Assembly (NCBI RefSeq): GCF_963676685.1
Contig: NC_092351.1
Coordinates: 372,001 to 436,000 of the forward strand
From: Mytilus edulis
Lineage: Eukaryota
Length of the DNA stretch: 64,000 nucleotides
Direction of reading: 5' to 3'
Shown here: positions 37,600-51,431 of the stretch, one piece after another
How positions within the stretch are numbered: the first letter of the stretch is position 1
Layout: every line of letters begins with the position of its first letter
Notes under the pieces: model-generated
Told to the model about the DNA's origin: nothing
Databases searched by the model: none
Seen by the model: the letters and a program-made list of their open reading frames with translations, nothing else
Translations under genes and position numbers: made by a program

Positions 37600-38640
37600 G
37601 GTTGATTAAGATGAATTTTGAAAAGAAGAAAATTCTAGAATAAATCAAACACGTCCCTAATTTCTATAGAGAATTTTTAAATGTTGGGAAATGTCAGGCG
37701 GTAGACAGACGAAAAACCTTACCAAATAAACTCATCATAGATACAAAAAAAAATCAAAAGTTTAAATGTATAAATATGACCATATCTATGATAATTAATT
37801 CATGTCAGTACAGAAGTGAACTTCACAGAATAAGAAAAACAGGTAATTTCGAAAATTAATACATTTTTTGTGGAAAATTGGATAAAGAGTAACTTGGTAT
37901 TGGTCAATGATATTATAGGCGTCACTTTAAATATTTCTTAACATTTTATTTTGCAAAAATTAGTCTGCAAGAAAAATTGGATAGCTAAAAAAATATTTTT
38001 TTAAAAGCTACCCCAAAAGAATAGCTTCACATGTTTAAGTCTGAAAATTCTATTAAGAGTAATGTAAATATTCCTAGACGTCAATTGATCTGGACAGAAC
38101 AAGATTTTAAACAAACATATTATACAAGTCAATTTGTAAAACTGAACCGTCACTTGGTTTGAACAAATGGATGCGTATTTTGCAAGTTAATGAGAATCGT
38201 GGTGTAAATCAATTATATTACTTCATGTTTCATTTAAAGAAAAACACATGAAAAAAAGAGAATACGTTTAAAAAAAGATAGATGGAAACTTTTACAATGT
38301 TATCAACAAACATGTTTTGTTTAAATGAAAGACTATGTAATGTGTGTAACGAAGAAGGAGAAAACCACTTTTTTAATTTGAGGTTTTTATATATAAACAA
38401 ATCTTACTATGAATCTAATCAGAAGTCCACTAATTTAAAAGTTTATTAAACTTTTGTTTAAGAATGCATAAAACAATATAAACAAATCCAGAAATCAAGA
38501 AATGTGTAAATACATTATGTATATAAATTAATACCAGCAGCTGACTAGTTATTAGTGGATTATTAAAAGGATACATTAAGAAAAGCTTGGTTTTCTAACA
38601 AGTATATTTGGTAAACAAAATAAACAAAAAATTGTTTGAA
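37600..38640 (+). pseudogene. Very degenerate L1/Tx1-like LINE 3' fragment
   Basis: PNFYREFL-like and CNVCNEEGENHFF remnants only. Confidence 0.3.
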
Positions 38641-39060
38641 AATAAAACAAAAGTTTAGTCATTGTATATGATATAGGTAAATACTTTATAAATCCCATTT
38701 ATTTGAAGCTATATATTTTGAATCCTTTACCTTGAGAATATACTATTTATTCAAGTGAGTTCAAGCGATATCAAACGATATTTATATCTTTTCGTTATTT
38801 TATCGCAATATGTTCCATTGATTGAATTTCTTATTGACTTTCTCAGACATTTTTGTTTGGTCTTAAATACAGATTTAATTATTTTTTATATCATTCCCAA
38901 TATTTCATTTTGATTGCCAATTAGTGATTTTTCATCTGAAACTGAAACATTTTGAATAACAATTTATAATTCTCATACTTAAAGCATTTAAACATGAAAA
39001 CAGTTTCTCTTTATGTAAGAGACTTTTGTGACGTGTTCTTTCATAAGTCGATCATTACTC

Positions 39061-39176
39061 TATAAAGTTCTGTGTTCTGCAGCGTCATATCTTATTCCAG
39101 TGGTAGTCACCGTCGACAGTGGGTCTCTATTGGAGTGGGATTTTGTTTACTGCAAGTTCTAATCGTGTACAAGAGG
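39061..39176 (+). promoter_or_regulatory. Putative TATA box and non-coding first exon of the GH5-like gene
   Basis: TATAAAAG at 39061, donor GAG|GTAAAT at ~39177 and acceptor tttgtttgtttttcAG at 39796. Confidence 0.45.
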
Positions 39177-39813
39177 TAAATGTTTTTCTTTTAATTTATA
39201 TTATCTATTTTACTAGGTATTCTGTTATGAATATTCAAACATTCACAATCAATAGAAATCAAAACATGAATATTCAAACAATCACAATGAATAGAAATCA
39301 AAAGCTCATAAAACGAATGGATAACAACTGTCATATTCCTTACCTGGTACAAGCATTTTCTTAAATAGAAAATTGTGGATTGAACCTGGTCTTATTGCTA
39401 GCTTGATCTCTCACTTGCATGGCAGTCGCATCACATTCAATTACTAAGTATATTGACAACGATGTGTGAACAAAACAAACAGACATAATAGGTAAAAAAA
39501 AAAATAGGCCATTTATTTAGTATAGTCAATCCATCAATTGAATCAATATGAATCGTAATAAATCAAACGCTTGCAAAATATAACTCTAATATCAGACACA
39601 TTTTAGTTGATCACATCTAAACAACTTCTTGACAATGCAGATCATTTCTTTATGTGGATTGTAATGTACATGTCCTTTCAAGTGTGCCTGCTTTGTCTAG
39701 GGTAGATTGGTAATACATAATAAGAGTTCAAGTAGAAATGGAAAAGATTCGTTCATAATACACTATTAAAAACTTATGCGTTTGTTTGTTTTTCAGCACC
39801 GAAAGAATCCGTT

Positions 39814-40889
39814 ATGATGTTCCAAAAACATCCTAGGATGATGACAATTGTGGTATTAGTTATCACATGCGCATGCTGTTTAAAGGTTCTTTAGCCAGAC
39901 ATAACCCATATACACCAACTAAATACCAGGAAAAGATTGCTCAAGGATTTTCCACGAATTATTTCAAAACCCTCAATTTCAATAAGTACAACAAAAACAA
40001 CTTGGCTGATGTTTATGAACGAGGTTTCAGAAATTTACGACTAAGATGTAGAGCAGATCTTGACAATTTTAACATGACTGTCTTTTTAACCAATTTAGAG
40101 ACTGTCGTGAACGATTGTCTTGCTACGAACATTGCCCCAATAGTTTCTTGGATCCATCACGAGGCCGAAGCTTTCGCTACTGATTCACATCGAACAAAAT
40201 ATTTGGAGTGGTGGACTAGTGTTGCTGAAAGGTTGAAAGATAAAGACTACAGACTTTCATTCAACCTATTTACAGAACTAGGAGTCGACTCATGTGAAAA
40301 TGAATGCGCACAAAGTCTCAGAGAAAACACAGTAAAATACAACGACTGGACATCTGCTGTCGTAAAAAAGATAAGAGAATCCGGCGGAAAGAATGATAAA
40401 CGGATCGTGATTCTAGGTTCTCCAAAGAAAACTGCAAAGGGGTTAGAAGAAATTAACCAAAATATTTATAAAAACGATCATTATATGATGGCAGAGTGGC
40501 ATATCTATGCATCCGGACCAAATAAAAAACTAAAAAACGACGGTAATCCAGGTCAAAAATATTGGTCTAGGACTGGCGACGATTTCGGAAAAAATAATGT
40601 CATGACTGCCATTGGATATGCCAACTATTTTACATCAGTTTACAATTTGACCACTTATCTTGGTGCTTGGATGCCACAAGCTAATGCAAACGGGGACTTG
40701 AACCAAACGGAAATCGTTAATTTTGGGAAATATTTTGCCCAAGTAATCAAACCGATCCCTTGGTCCATGAATGTTCTTGATACCTACTACGACACAAAGA
40801 ATAGCAATTGGAAATTAGATGAACAGGTTATCAAAGGTCAGACATTAAATATGTCACGAGTTCTGGATGAAATTATATCGGTTATGTAA
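39814..40889 (+). CDS. Glycoside hydrolase family 5-like (cellulase-fold) protein, intronless; signal peptide frameshifted in this copy
   Basis: ORF 39867-40889 has GFRNLRLR, IVSWIHH, LSFNLFTEL, IRESGG..KRIVILGS, EWHIY and TYLGAWM in GH5 strand order. The upstream frame MMFQKHPRMMTIVVLVITCACCLKVL* (39814-39894) resembles a signal peptide. Confidence 0.75.
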
Positions 40890-42640
40890 TGATTTCAGAA
40901 GAACATTCTTTCTTCCATGGTTTTTACATGCTCATTAATAAATATGAGCATTTAAGACATTCAATATAAATAAATTGTTTATTCAAGAATTCAAAACAAT
41001 ACCGAGGAAATTTGAAATGCATTTAAGAAATTGACAAAAGAAAAACGTCTATCGATCACGTAAGGTACCAAAAACGTTTGATATAAAGAAAGTTTAAAGT
41101 CATCAGTGACGTCATAAATTTAAAAATTGTACAAATGAAAGTTGTATCTTTATTATAGAGTGTCTTTGATATATTATCAGGTTTTCTTACCCTGGTTTTT
41201 CTTATATGATTCAATGTTATTTCTCTTTTTTCTTATTTACTAATTTATGATTTATCATATGATTTAGATTAGTTATACTTAGTGTTTTCTGATACAGTAT
41301 TTTTCTTATGTAGATATATTTAAAACTTATCTCATATATCCACTATATTTCCATAATGTGATATGATACATATTTTTGTATCATATAATGCAGGTTTTTT
41401 ACGGCGAAATACCTTTTTATTCTTGTAACAATTTTCGTGATTTTCGTAGATGGCTTTATCCACGAATCTAGGCTTTATCCACGAATTTAATTTTTAGCCA
41501 TGGCGTTGTCATTTTATTTTCGATCTAGGAGTATGAATGTCTCTCTTGTATCTTTCGCCCCAATTTTGTTAACAGATAAATCTGCTTTATTTCCAAACGC
41601 TGTAAGAACAGGTGAGTGAAAATATAAACCTTAAATTCAGGAACCTACGGACAGGCAACTTGTTTTGTCATAACCAGGAAAATTGATACCCACGAATAAA
41701 AGTTCCTTCATAGTATTGTAATTTTCCTCCATATTATTGCTTACTTAAAAAGTGTATTTGGTTACTTATTACTTTCTAAAAAAAAATAATTACCATGTGG
41801 TTAATGTGTTTATATGCAAATGTAAATAATTTCATTAGTGCAGTAAAACACTATTTTCAATAAGATTGTTATGCAAGTGTTTGTAACATGTAGTTAAATG
41901 GCACATAATATCTGCAATATTGTTCTGGCTCTTGCTTAAATGAATAAAGATGATACCTTCAACATGAAGCTCTGGCATCTGATCGAGTTTATGTTGCCAA
42001 TATTTTACTGTTATGACAAAATTGTTGTGACAGAAATAAAAAAAAAAGCAAGCTTATCAACAAATACGAATGGCACCTTGAAGAGAATATATTTTCATTA
42101 GATAAAAACAAAAGAGAGACCTCGATCCAGTAAAGTTAAAAGCTAAAATGGTACATTATCATAGACGATAGTTAGCAAACAGTAAAAATCACAAAAAATA
42201 CTGAACCCAGAGGAAATCCAATCGGAAAGTCCATAATCACATGGCAAAATCAAATGACAAAACACATAAAAATCGAATGGACAAGAACTGTCATATTCCT
42301 GACTTGGTACAGGCATTTTCACATGTAGAAAATTGGTGGATTAAACCTGGTTTTAAAGCGCTAAACCTCTCACCTTGATGACATTCTCTTCAAATTCCGT
42401 TATATTTACAATGATGCGTGACGATAGTTAGCTAAACAATATAAAAGTGTCAGAAGACATACATGTAAAGACGTAACTATAAACACGAATCGATAACTGT
42501 TTTAAACCATTTTACTAAGTAATCTCAAAGAGTTTTGATATGTGGTTAAATGTTAAATAAAATAAAGTTTTTATTTGAGGTTAACTGATTATCGAACCGT
42601 TTTGTTTTATTGTTGAAAATTAGTTTTTAACAAAGAATAT

Positions 42641-43085
42641 TTGTATGTCCCACCTACGATAGTAGAGGGGCATTATGTGTTCTGGTCTGTTCGTCCGTCT
42701 GCTCGTTCGTCTATTAGTCCGTCCGTCTGTCCCGCTTCAGGTTAAAGTTTTTGGTCAAGGTAGTTTCAATCAACTTGAAACTTAGTACACATGTTCCTTA
42801 TGATATGATCTTTCTTAATTTAATGCCAAATTAGAGTTTTGACCCCAATTGCACGGTCCATTGAACGCAGAAATTGATAGTGCAAGTTTCAGGTTAAAGT
42901 TTTTGGTTAAAGTTTTTGGTCAAGGTAGTTTTTGATGAAGTTGAAGTCCAATCAACTTGAAACTTAGTATACATGTTCCCTATGATATGATCTTTCTAAT
43001 TGTACCCCAATTTCACGGTCCACTAAACATAGAAAATGATAGTGCGAATGGGGCATCTGTGTACTATGGACACATTCTTGTTTTT
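42641..43085 (+). mobile_element. Non-autonomous Helentron-associated (HINE/DINE-like) element
   Basis: T-rich boundaries, 5' hairpin, (GTCC/GTCT) microsatellite, central tandem duplication and 3' end ggacacattcttgtttt. Related fragment at ~29850-30090. Confidence 0.6.
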
Positions 43086-45070
43086 TATCGAACAGTAATT
43101 TATCTGTTTTCTCCATTATTACGAGAATACAATTCGCTTTGTCTTATAAGTTATAAGTACTTCATGGTAGATTTAGGCTTAACAAACAAATGCAGCGGGT
43201 TTAAACGTTTTGATAGGTACCGACCTACTCTCTTACCTGAAACAATAGTGAAACATCACAACATAAAAGACACACTATAAAACATCAATTGAAATAGCTA
43301 AACTTAATTAAAAGACATATTAACACAGATAAAAATGATCTAAACGAATAAATCTGATCTATGACACAATAAATGAATACAAAAGTAATAAAATAATGGG
43401 TGAATAAATATAAACAACAGCAGTATACCGCGGTGACATGTTGAAATTTTCAAAAAGTAAACCATAACCTTGGAGAAGTATAAATGGAAAACGGAAACTG
43501 TTGCTCATAGTACTAGAACATAATTGAAAAGATTTTGTCGTACCAAACACGTATCAAAGCTAGTATATGTTACTAACAGAGAGAACAACAACATATTTTT
43601 TACATAACAGAGGATAAAGTCTCGATGAAACCAATGTGTTCATGGTAGATTGTAGTTCTGATTGATTGACTGGCGCTTTATGAGTTTTCTGGCTTATATA
43701 TAAACTGTGACCATCGGCTATCTGAATTTGTTCTTCCAGTTGATGGGCCATGGAATTCGATATGAAATGGCTTTGTCTAACAACTTTCTCAGTTTTTTAA
43801 TGTTTACGATGCAAAGATCGCTGGTTATATGTAACCAGCAGAACTAATTATTTTGGGGTTTTTCGGGACAATTGGGTAATTAAACGTTGATATCCTTGAG
43901 GATATAATTCACCTATATCCTCTTCTGGTCTAGCAAAATAACATGTACAGTTATATCTTTATAGTAAAATGATATTATTTTTCAGTAATAAATTTTGGTA
44001 AACGAAAATTTAAATCCTAATTCTACTTTTTTATGATTTTGAAGGTACTTGTTACGAGTTTTAATAGTTAATGATTACAAAAGTCCATTAATATTGCAAA
44101 CAGTCAGTTCTAGGCAGAATATTTATACTAATGGAATTAATTTTTCCCTCTTGAACTGAGTATAACAGTTTAGAAAATTGCTTAAAATAAAATTGGTGTA
44201 TACCCGAAATGTTTTACGAAGGGCCATTCAAAATCCTAGGTAATGCATATAGCACTAGTTATGACTTATATTGCTTCGAGCATATGTGTGAAATAATTAT
44301 AATCTGTTGATACCTAGCATGTAAAACAATCTTCACCATAAATGTTTTCGTTGCATTCTGAGAGAAATAGCGGTTTATAATAATCGAATTTAAATTGTTT
44401 TTCTTTGTAAGAAATATATATTTCTCTATATTGGGTATTTTATATACTACTGCTGATCTTTGCCATTATACCGGTTTTCTTCGTTTAATAATTGTAAAGA
44501 ATTAATATTTAAGTACCTTTTTGTGGTACGGCCACTATCTTTGTGACGTCGCGTAATTGTTATACTTTATGTTGTATTGAATAGAAACGTATTATGGCAG
44601 TTGTTCTTTCTTTAACGTCTTAGATCAAAATACATAACGCAACGCAATAATCTAAATTGGTGCCGTGACTTCAAACGGAGGGAATAGAAATCAGCCGATT
44701 AAAATCCTTGAGAACGGGGAACAAAGCAGCGGTAACAAAAGTTTTTAAAAAACTGGAGGAAGCCATCGGAGATTCACAAATAGACACGGAGGAAGTATCA
44801 ACATTGCTCGAAGCAACTGAGAAGAAAAAGAAGACGTTAGCCTCAATAGACGAACAGATATTAAATGCAGTCTAATCAGAAGATATTACAAATGAAATTC
44901 TTGAAACAGATGAGTATTATTTAGATTTTGAGGGTAAAATTCGAAAATTTAAAAAGTTCTTAAAACCCGTACCAAACGCAAAATTTTCGATACTAGATTC
45001 AAACGCACCAGAGTTTGTTCCGTACACAAATCCATTTACTCATACAAGTCAGCAATTATCTCAGTTAAGT

Positions 45071-47050
45071 TTGACCTCGAGTAATAACCATCGCCTACCA
45101 AAGCTATCTCTTCCCAATTTTAATGGAGACATTTTACAATGGCAATATTTCTGGGATTTATACGAAACCACGATTCATCACAATCACACATTAACTGACA
45201 TTCAGAAATTTTCGTACTTGAACTCATTGTCTCAATTTGAAGCTGCAAACGTAATTTCAGGATTCATCATGACAAATCCAAACTATCACAAAGCAATTGA
45301 ATTATTGAGAAACCGCTATGGCCAACCACATAAAATCATTAATGCGTATATGAAAGCAATACTTGATATACCCGCACCACATGATACATTAGAAAGTTTG
45401 AGAACATTTCATGACAAATCGGAAGCTTACATACGGGGTTTAGAGTCTCTCGGACAATGTCAGGAAATGTACGGTTCGCTATTGATACCAGTGATTCTCG
45501 GGAAGATACCTCATGAAGTACGAAAACATATAACACAAGAAAACAGGAGCGACAGTTGGAATATTCAATTGCTTAGAAACGCGATAGGTAAAGAGATTTC
45601 TATTCAAGAGTCCGGATACGGGGATTATACACAGACGTATTCAACCGCAACTCCTAGCGCAAATTTCATAACAGGCGTTAAACAACTAACTACAGATAAA
45701 ACCCGTCCGATAAACACAACAGACAAATCATTAAACTCGAATCGGAAGAAACAATGCACATATTGTGACGGAAACCACTGGCCAAACGAATGTAAAGATG
45801 TCTTAGATCACGACAAAAGAATAGCCATTATAAAAGAAAAGAGATTATCCTTTAATTGTTTAGGTAAACATAAAATAGCCGATTGCAAATCCAAGAATAC
45901 TTGTAAGTGTTGCCACTGGAAGCATCACTCTTCATTATGTAAACAGAACTCGTACTCAAATAAGCATCATATTGAAACTAAACAATCCCAAAATAGAGTA
46001 GACACAGAAACTTCTATGCTGTATACCGCTAGCGAAGAAAGGTCAACTGTTTTATTGAAAACCGCATTCAGTCCAGTCGTTCACAAAAATACATGTATAG
46101 ATGCAAGAATACTCTTTGACGAGGGAGCTCAGCGCTCGTTTATAACCGAAGAACTAGCAGCTAAATTGGACATTAAAAAAGAGGGGTCTGAAAAATTAAG
46201 TATAGCTACATTTGGAAGTACTACAAAAAAGGTGAGAAATCTTGACAAAACAACAATTAATCTTAAGTCTACCGAAGGAGAATTAATCCCTATTAAAGTT
46301 TTAATTGTACCAACCATTGCTTCACCACTTCAAACTCACAACATAGGAATAACGCAGAAGTTTTCATATTTACTTGGTCTACAATTAGCACACCCAGTCA
46401 TGGAAGGAGAGCAATTTGAAATATCCTTATTAATTGGAGGTGATTTTTACTGGGACATAGTTCAAGACAAAATAGTGCGTGGAAACGGTCCAACCGCAGT
46501 TAGCTCAAAAATTGGATATTTACTTTCCGGTTCTGCCCTACGCGAACCAGTAATGCATCTTTCTCAATGATGAATATACTAGTATGTCACAAACAAGAAG
46601 AGTGCGATCTTGAAAAATTTTGGAAGCTTGAATCGTTTGGAATTGACGCTAAAGAACAAAATGATCCAGACCTAGCTGAATCAATTGAAAATTACTTACA
46701 TTGTACAAACCTCCATTACGAAGAAAATGATAAGTATATTACGAAATTACCATGGAGAGAAAATGCGCCAGAACTACCGACAAATGAAGACATCGCAAAA
46801 TGCAGAACGGAAAGCGTTATTCGTCGCCTTAAGAAGGATCCCGAGATGTTCCGAAAGTATGGTGAGATAAGTACAGACCAAGAAAAAAGAGGATTCATTG
46901 AAAAAGGTATATATGATAAAAGAACATGCACAAACAAGGTTCATTACATTCCGCATCATCCCGTGAAAAAGGACTCAGTCACCACCCCGATACGCATAGT
47001 ATATAACTGTAGCTGTAGAGCGAATGACAGTAGTCCTTGTCTTAACGATT
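45071..47050 (+). pseudogene. BEL/Pao gag (DUF1759, Cys-His knuckles), aspartic protease and RT N-terminus
   Basis: Motifs LPKLSLPNFNGD, CTYCDGNHWPNEC, CKCCHWKHHSSLC, LFDEGAQRSFIT, HYIPHHPV and PCLNDCL. Confidence 0.9.
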
Positions 47051-47579
47051 GCCTGTGCTTACTTAGTTACAGCAAATTCATCGGTCATCGTCATGGCTTA
47101 AAACAGAGTTGTATCCGTAAAACCGATTTCATTACCACGTTTAGAACTTATGGGCGCGCTTATCGGCGCCAGATTAGCAAGGCATCTTCTTAAAGTCATA
47201 ACAACAGAACATGTGTATATGTGGAGCGATAGTCAAATTAATTTGAGTTGGATTAAATCGTCAAAAAATTAAAACCGTTCGTAGAAAATCGACTTAAAAG
47301 AAATAAGAAAATTAACAGAGAATGCTGGATGGAATTATTGTCCAACAGATGACAATCCAGCTGATTACTTAACTCGCAGAATTTACGCTAAACACCTTAA
47401 TAACAACAAATTATGGATGAACGGTCCACAATGGATTTTAAATCGTGAAAATTGGCCGACATGGACGAGGAAAATAGAAGACTGCAGCTCGATGGTAACT
47501 GTTAGTGATGACAATACAGACGATGAAAGAACAAATGCTTCAACATGTTCAACACAGACAATTTCATGTATAGATATAC

Positions 47580-49074
47580 TGTAACGAATTTTAAGTTTCA
47601 CTGTTCCCTTCTATGTAATCACGTTTGTACTGTACAGAATTTATGATATTATGTATAAATGTTTCATGTGTTATTATTCCAGATGTGATTTAAAAATAGC
47701 AAATGACGTCATGCTACTTTCATTTTTAATTATAGATAATATATTGTTCTGGTTTCAGAATATTTAGATTATTAAGAACAAAAGTTAATATATAGTTAGA
47801 AAGTGTATTTATTATAGTTTAAAAATGCTGATATTTTAATTATGTAAAGGGGATAACCTGGACAAGTATTTATTACGTACACAACGTTGATTGACGTTAA
47901 TCGGCTGTTTTTCTGACAACCGTTGTTTTTGTTAAATAACCGTATTTGATTTATATATACATACGTTTTTGGTATAAAACATATTACTAAATCATTTTCT
48001 AAAACACATGTGATTAACATTGGTCATTAAAGTTAAATTGTTGTATTTATTAAGGAAAACGTCATTATTACATTGCATTTTAAGGCTTGAGTCGTCGTTT
48101 TACTTACATTTTTGAATAATTCTTCCTATTTAATATCTACTGGATGGTTGTAAATAACGATGTTTGAATGAGGCATTTTCATTTGGTCCATTGCTCCGAG
48201 GCAAAGATCTTATAGTTTAATCGTAGCATTCAATATTCATGTTGGCCAAAAGCACAAACGTAACGTCGTCCACCACTGTTTACTTGCCGTAAACCGTCTC
48301 AATGTCGTAAATGACAATTGTGACGTCATTAGCAGGTGCGTTGCTACTTAGTATAAATAGAGGACACATTATTGTGTTTTTTCAGACTCCAGACTCTTCA
48401 GTACACTCGATAAAAATATAAAGCAAACGCTTAAGTCTCAGACTTTCTTTCATTCACTATATACTGAATAAAGACACACGCTTTTTCAAGGTACTATTTA
48501 TTAGTAGTGACTCAGTCAATATTTTGAAAGCAGTCACGAATTATTCTTTTGAAATAAATATAAACAATATTTGTTTACAGAAATAAGCGACTCAGTAGAT
48601 TTATAACTTACATTAAATCCATATTTGTGAGACGCACTTCTCAAGGTCAAAACAATGAGTGTGGACATGCATTAATGCTATTTCGTAATGAACGATTCAG
48701 TCGGGCGATATGACAACAAAGCCGTATTTTATGATGGTCTCAATAATGAGCATAAACACATCCAATAGATAAATTAATATCAAATTACATTTATCCGTAT
48801 TGTACTAATATTTTATGAACCGGAATACTTGACCAGAGTTATCCCTACTGTATTATTTGCTTGCTTAAAATTGTTTATAAAGTATTGTCTTTTGAATATT
48901 TGTTACATCAACTAAATGTTTACTGTTGAAATAAATAGTTTATTTTCATACCGTTTTAACTTTCATTAATTTAAAGGATTTTAGAAATACACCTGGTACC
49001 TTGTTTGTGTCAATAATGATCAGTCAAAAATAGTTGAGAAACTCACTACAGTCGTAACGTAGAAAAACGTTACA
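47580..49074. mobile_element. Gypsy-type solo LTR (1,495 bp) nested in BEL pol
   Basis: Termini TGTAACG...CGTTACA, 4-bp TSD ATAC (47576-47579 and 49075-49078), TATAAATA at ~48352 and AATAAA at ~48467. Removing it restores CIDIQRYRILEKAIRVTAYVLRFI. Confidence 0.88.
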
Positions 49075-49277
49075 ATACAACGATACAGAATTTTAGAAAA
49101 AGCAATTAGAGTAACAGCATACGTCTTGCGTTTTATACAGAATTTACAGAATTTAAAAGATAAACGGTTATTCGGATTTATCAGTGTTGAGGAGCGATGT
49201 AAAGCATTATAGTAACAGTACAACAGGAAACATTTAAGGATGAAATTGAAAGCTTGAATTGATTTTCACAGAAAAAA

Positions 49278-50549
49278 GTGCCATTTGTTCGACAACTTAA
49301 ACTATATACAGACAAAAATGGATTACTACGTTGTACCGGGAGAATACAAAACGCACCTGTGAAAGAGAGTACTAAATATCCGTTGTTATTGCCAACACAC
49401 CACAGTCTTACGTCCTTAATCGTAATTGATGCACACACAAAGACTTTACATGCCGGACTTAACAGTACAATCGCATATATTCAACAGAAATATTGGATAC
49501 CGAGAATAAGGCAGTGCGTAAAATCACAAATTCGTAAATGCGTTCAATGCATTAAAATATCAGAAATGCCTTACAGCGCACCCGATCCGCCACCGCTAAC
49601 TAAAGATCGAGTCAACTACGATTATCCTTTTTCAGTAACCGGAGTTGCTTTCACAGGAGCTTTGTATGCAAAAGGAAAACACAACGAATTAAGCAAAACA
49701 TATATTTGTTTATTCACTTGCGCCGCTACTCGAGCTATACACTTGGAGATAGTCACAGATTCAACCGAGGAGTCTTTCATGCTTGCTTTTAAAAGATTTG
49801 TCGCTAGGAGATCTACAACAAGAATTATGTTGTCCGATAATGCAACAACCTTCAAGGCAGCTGCCGAAAAGATTACAAGATCAAGCAAAGACAACCGAAT
49901 ACAAGAAAACTTTGCCGATCAAGTAACTGAGTGGAAATTCATACCCAACCGAGCACCGTGGTTTGGAGGCTTTTGGGAACGCCTAATTGGACTCACGAAA
50001 AAGTCAATTAAAGGAATACTAGAAACGTCATGTGTCACTACGGAAATGTTGAATACAATTATAATCGAAATCGAGGGAACTCTAAACAATCGTCCTATAA
50101 CTCACATTTCTACTGATATTAAAGATCCAGATCCGCTGACGCCAGCGCAACTTTTATATGGTCGTCGACTTGACAACCGGTCGGAACAGAATATTGACAG
50201 TGTTACTTCCGAAGATTTGCACGTGAAACTGAATAAAAATTTACAGAGAAATAATGAACTAATCAACCATTTTCGCTCAAGATGAAAACACGAATATCTG
50301 ACGTCAATCCATGAATTGCACCGTACATCTGGAAGAAACGAACAAACAATACAAATAGGTGACATTGTACAAGTACACAATGACACAAATCGTATAATGT
50401 GGAAATTAGCAGTTGTACAAGATTTAGTTCGTGGAAAGGATGGACTCATTCGATCAGCTGTTATCAAGACCGACACAGGAATCACCAACCGTCCGATTGT
50501 GAAGTTCTATCCGTTGGAAATACTCAGTACAAATGATGACAGTGAATGA
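49278..50549 (+). pseudogene. BEL/Pao integrase plus C-terminal (DUF5641-like) domain
   Basis: HHCC finger (DAH..LH..CVQC), CLFTCAATRAIHLE, SDNATTF, APWFGGFWERL, NNRP and LTPAQLL. The first catalytic D appears as A (TGVAFTG). Stop at 50283. Confidence 0.9.
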
Positions 50550-51084
50550 ACTTTTCTGCCCTGGAGAAATTAGTTTATGTATAGACTGTTCAATTAACTC
50601 CGGTTATTATATAGACTTGTAAAAGTGTTAAATTATTCAGACGTGAACAGTTAAAAAACTATTGAGAGACTTTAACTTTGATTTTTTTCCATTCTATGTC
50701 ACAATTGATCAGACATTTAATTTCAAATCAACGAATTTTTCATATTGTATTTCAAATTTGAGTTAAATATCATTTTCCTGGGCCGCAGAATGTAAAGAAT
50801 TGCGCTAATATTTACGTACCTTTTTGCGGTACGGCCACTATCTTTGTGACGTCGCGTAATTGTTATACTTTATATTGTATTGAATAGAAACGTATAATGG
50901 CAGTTGTTCTATCTTTAACGTCTTAGATCAAAATACACAACGCAACGCAATAATCTAAAATAATCTAGCATTGGTTATATATCGAGATAGTGAATGAATG
51001 GTGTCTATAGGCTACCTAGCCTGTTATATCACGAGTTTGTAATTCAATCAAGGTCTCACTTATGAGCGACAAAAAACATTTAGA

Positions 51085-51431
51085 CGGAATATACAAAACA
51101 TCAATCCTGGTATCTATGATGAATTTATTTACAACCAATGGGTTGATGCCACTGTTGGTGGATTTTTCATTCCCCGAAGGTTTCACCAGACCATTAGTCA
51201 TAATTATACATTAACAGTTTACAAAGCTGTGAATTTTTGATATACTAAGCCACTTTCCTACCTTAAGAATAGTTTACCTTAGTTGTATTTGGCAAACTTT
51301 TTGGTCTTCGTTCTTTATTTGACCTTTTTAACTGTTTTTATTCTAGCGTCACCGATGAGTCTTTTGTAGACGAATGCGCGTCTGACGCAAATTCAAAATT
51401 TCCATCCAGGTATCTATGATAAGTTTTATTT
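51085..51431 (+). mobile_element. Degenerate retrozyme copy with a mutated hammerhead (51346-51388)
   Basis: GCGUCA-CCGAUGA-GUCU..AGAC-GAA-UGCGCG-UC-UGACGC. The body is similar to 3433-3500. Short terminal direct repeats ggtatctatgat. Confidence 0.7.

Larger units (their letters stand above)
44493..50959 (+). mobile_element. BEL/Pao LTR retrotransposon, RT-deleted, with a nested solo LTR
   Basis: LTRs 44493-44656 and 50791-50959, 5-bp TSD ATAAT, tRNA-His PBS TGGTGCCGTGACT (44658-44670), and gag-protease-integrase remnants. Confidence 0.92.
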
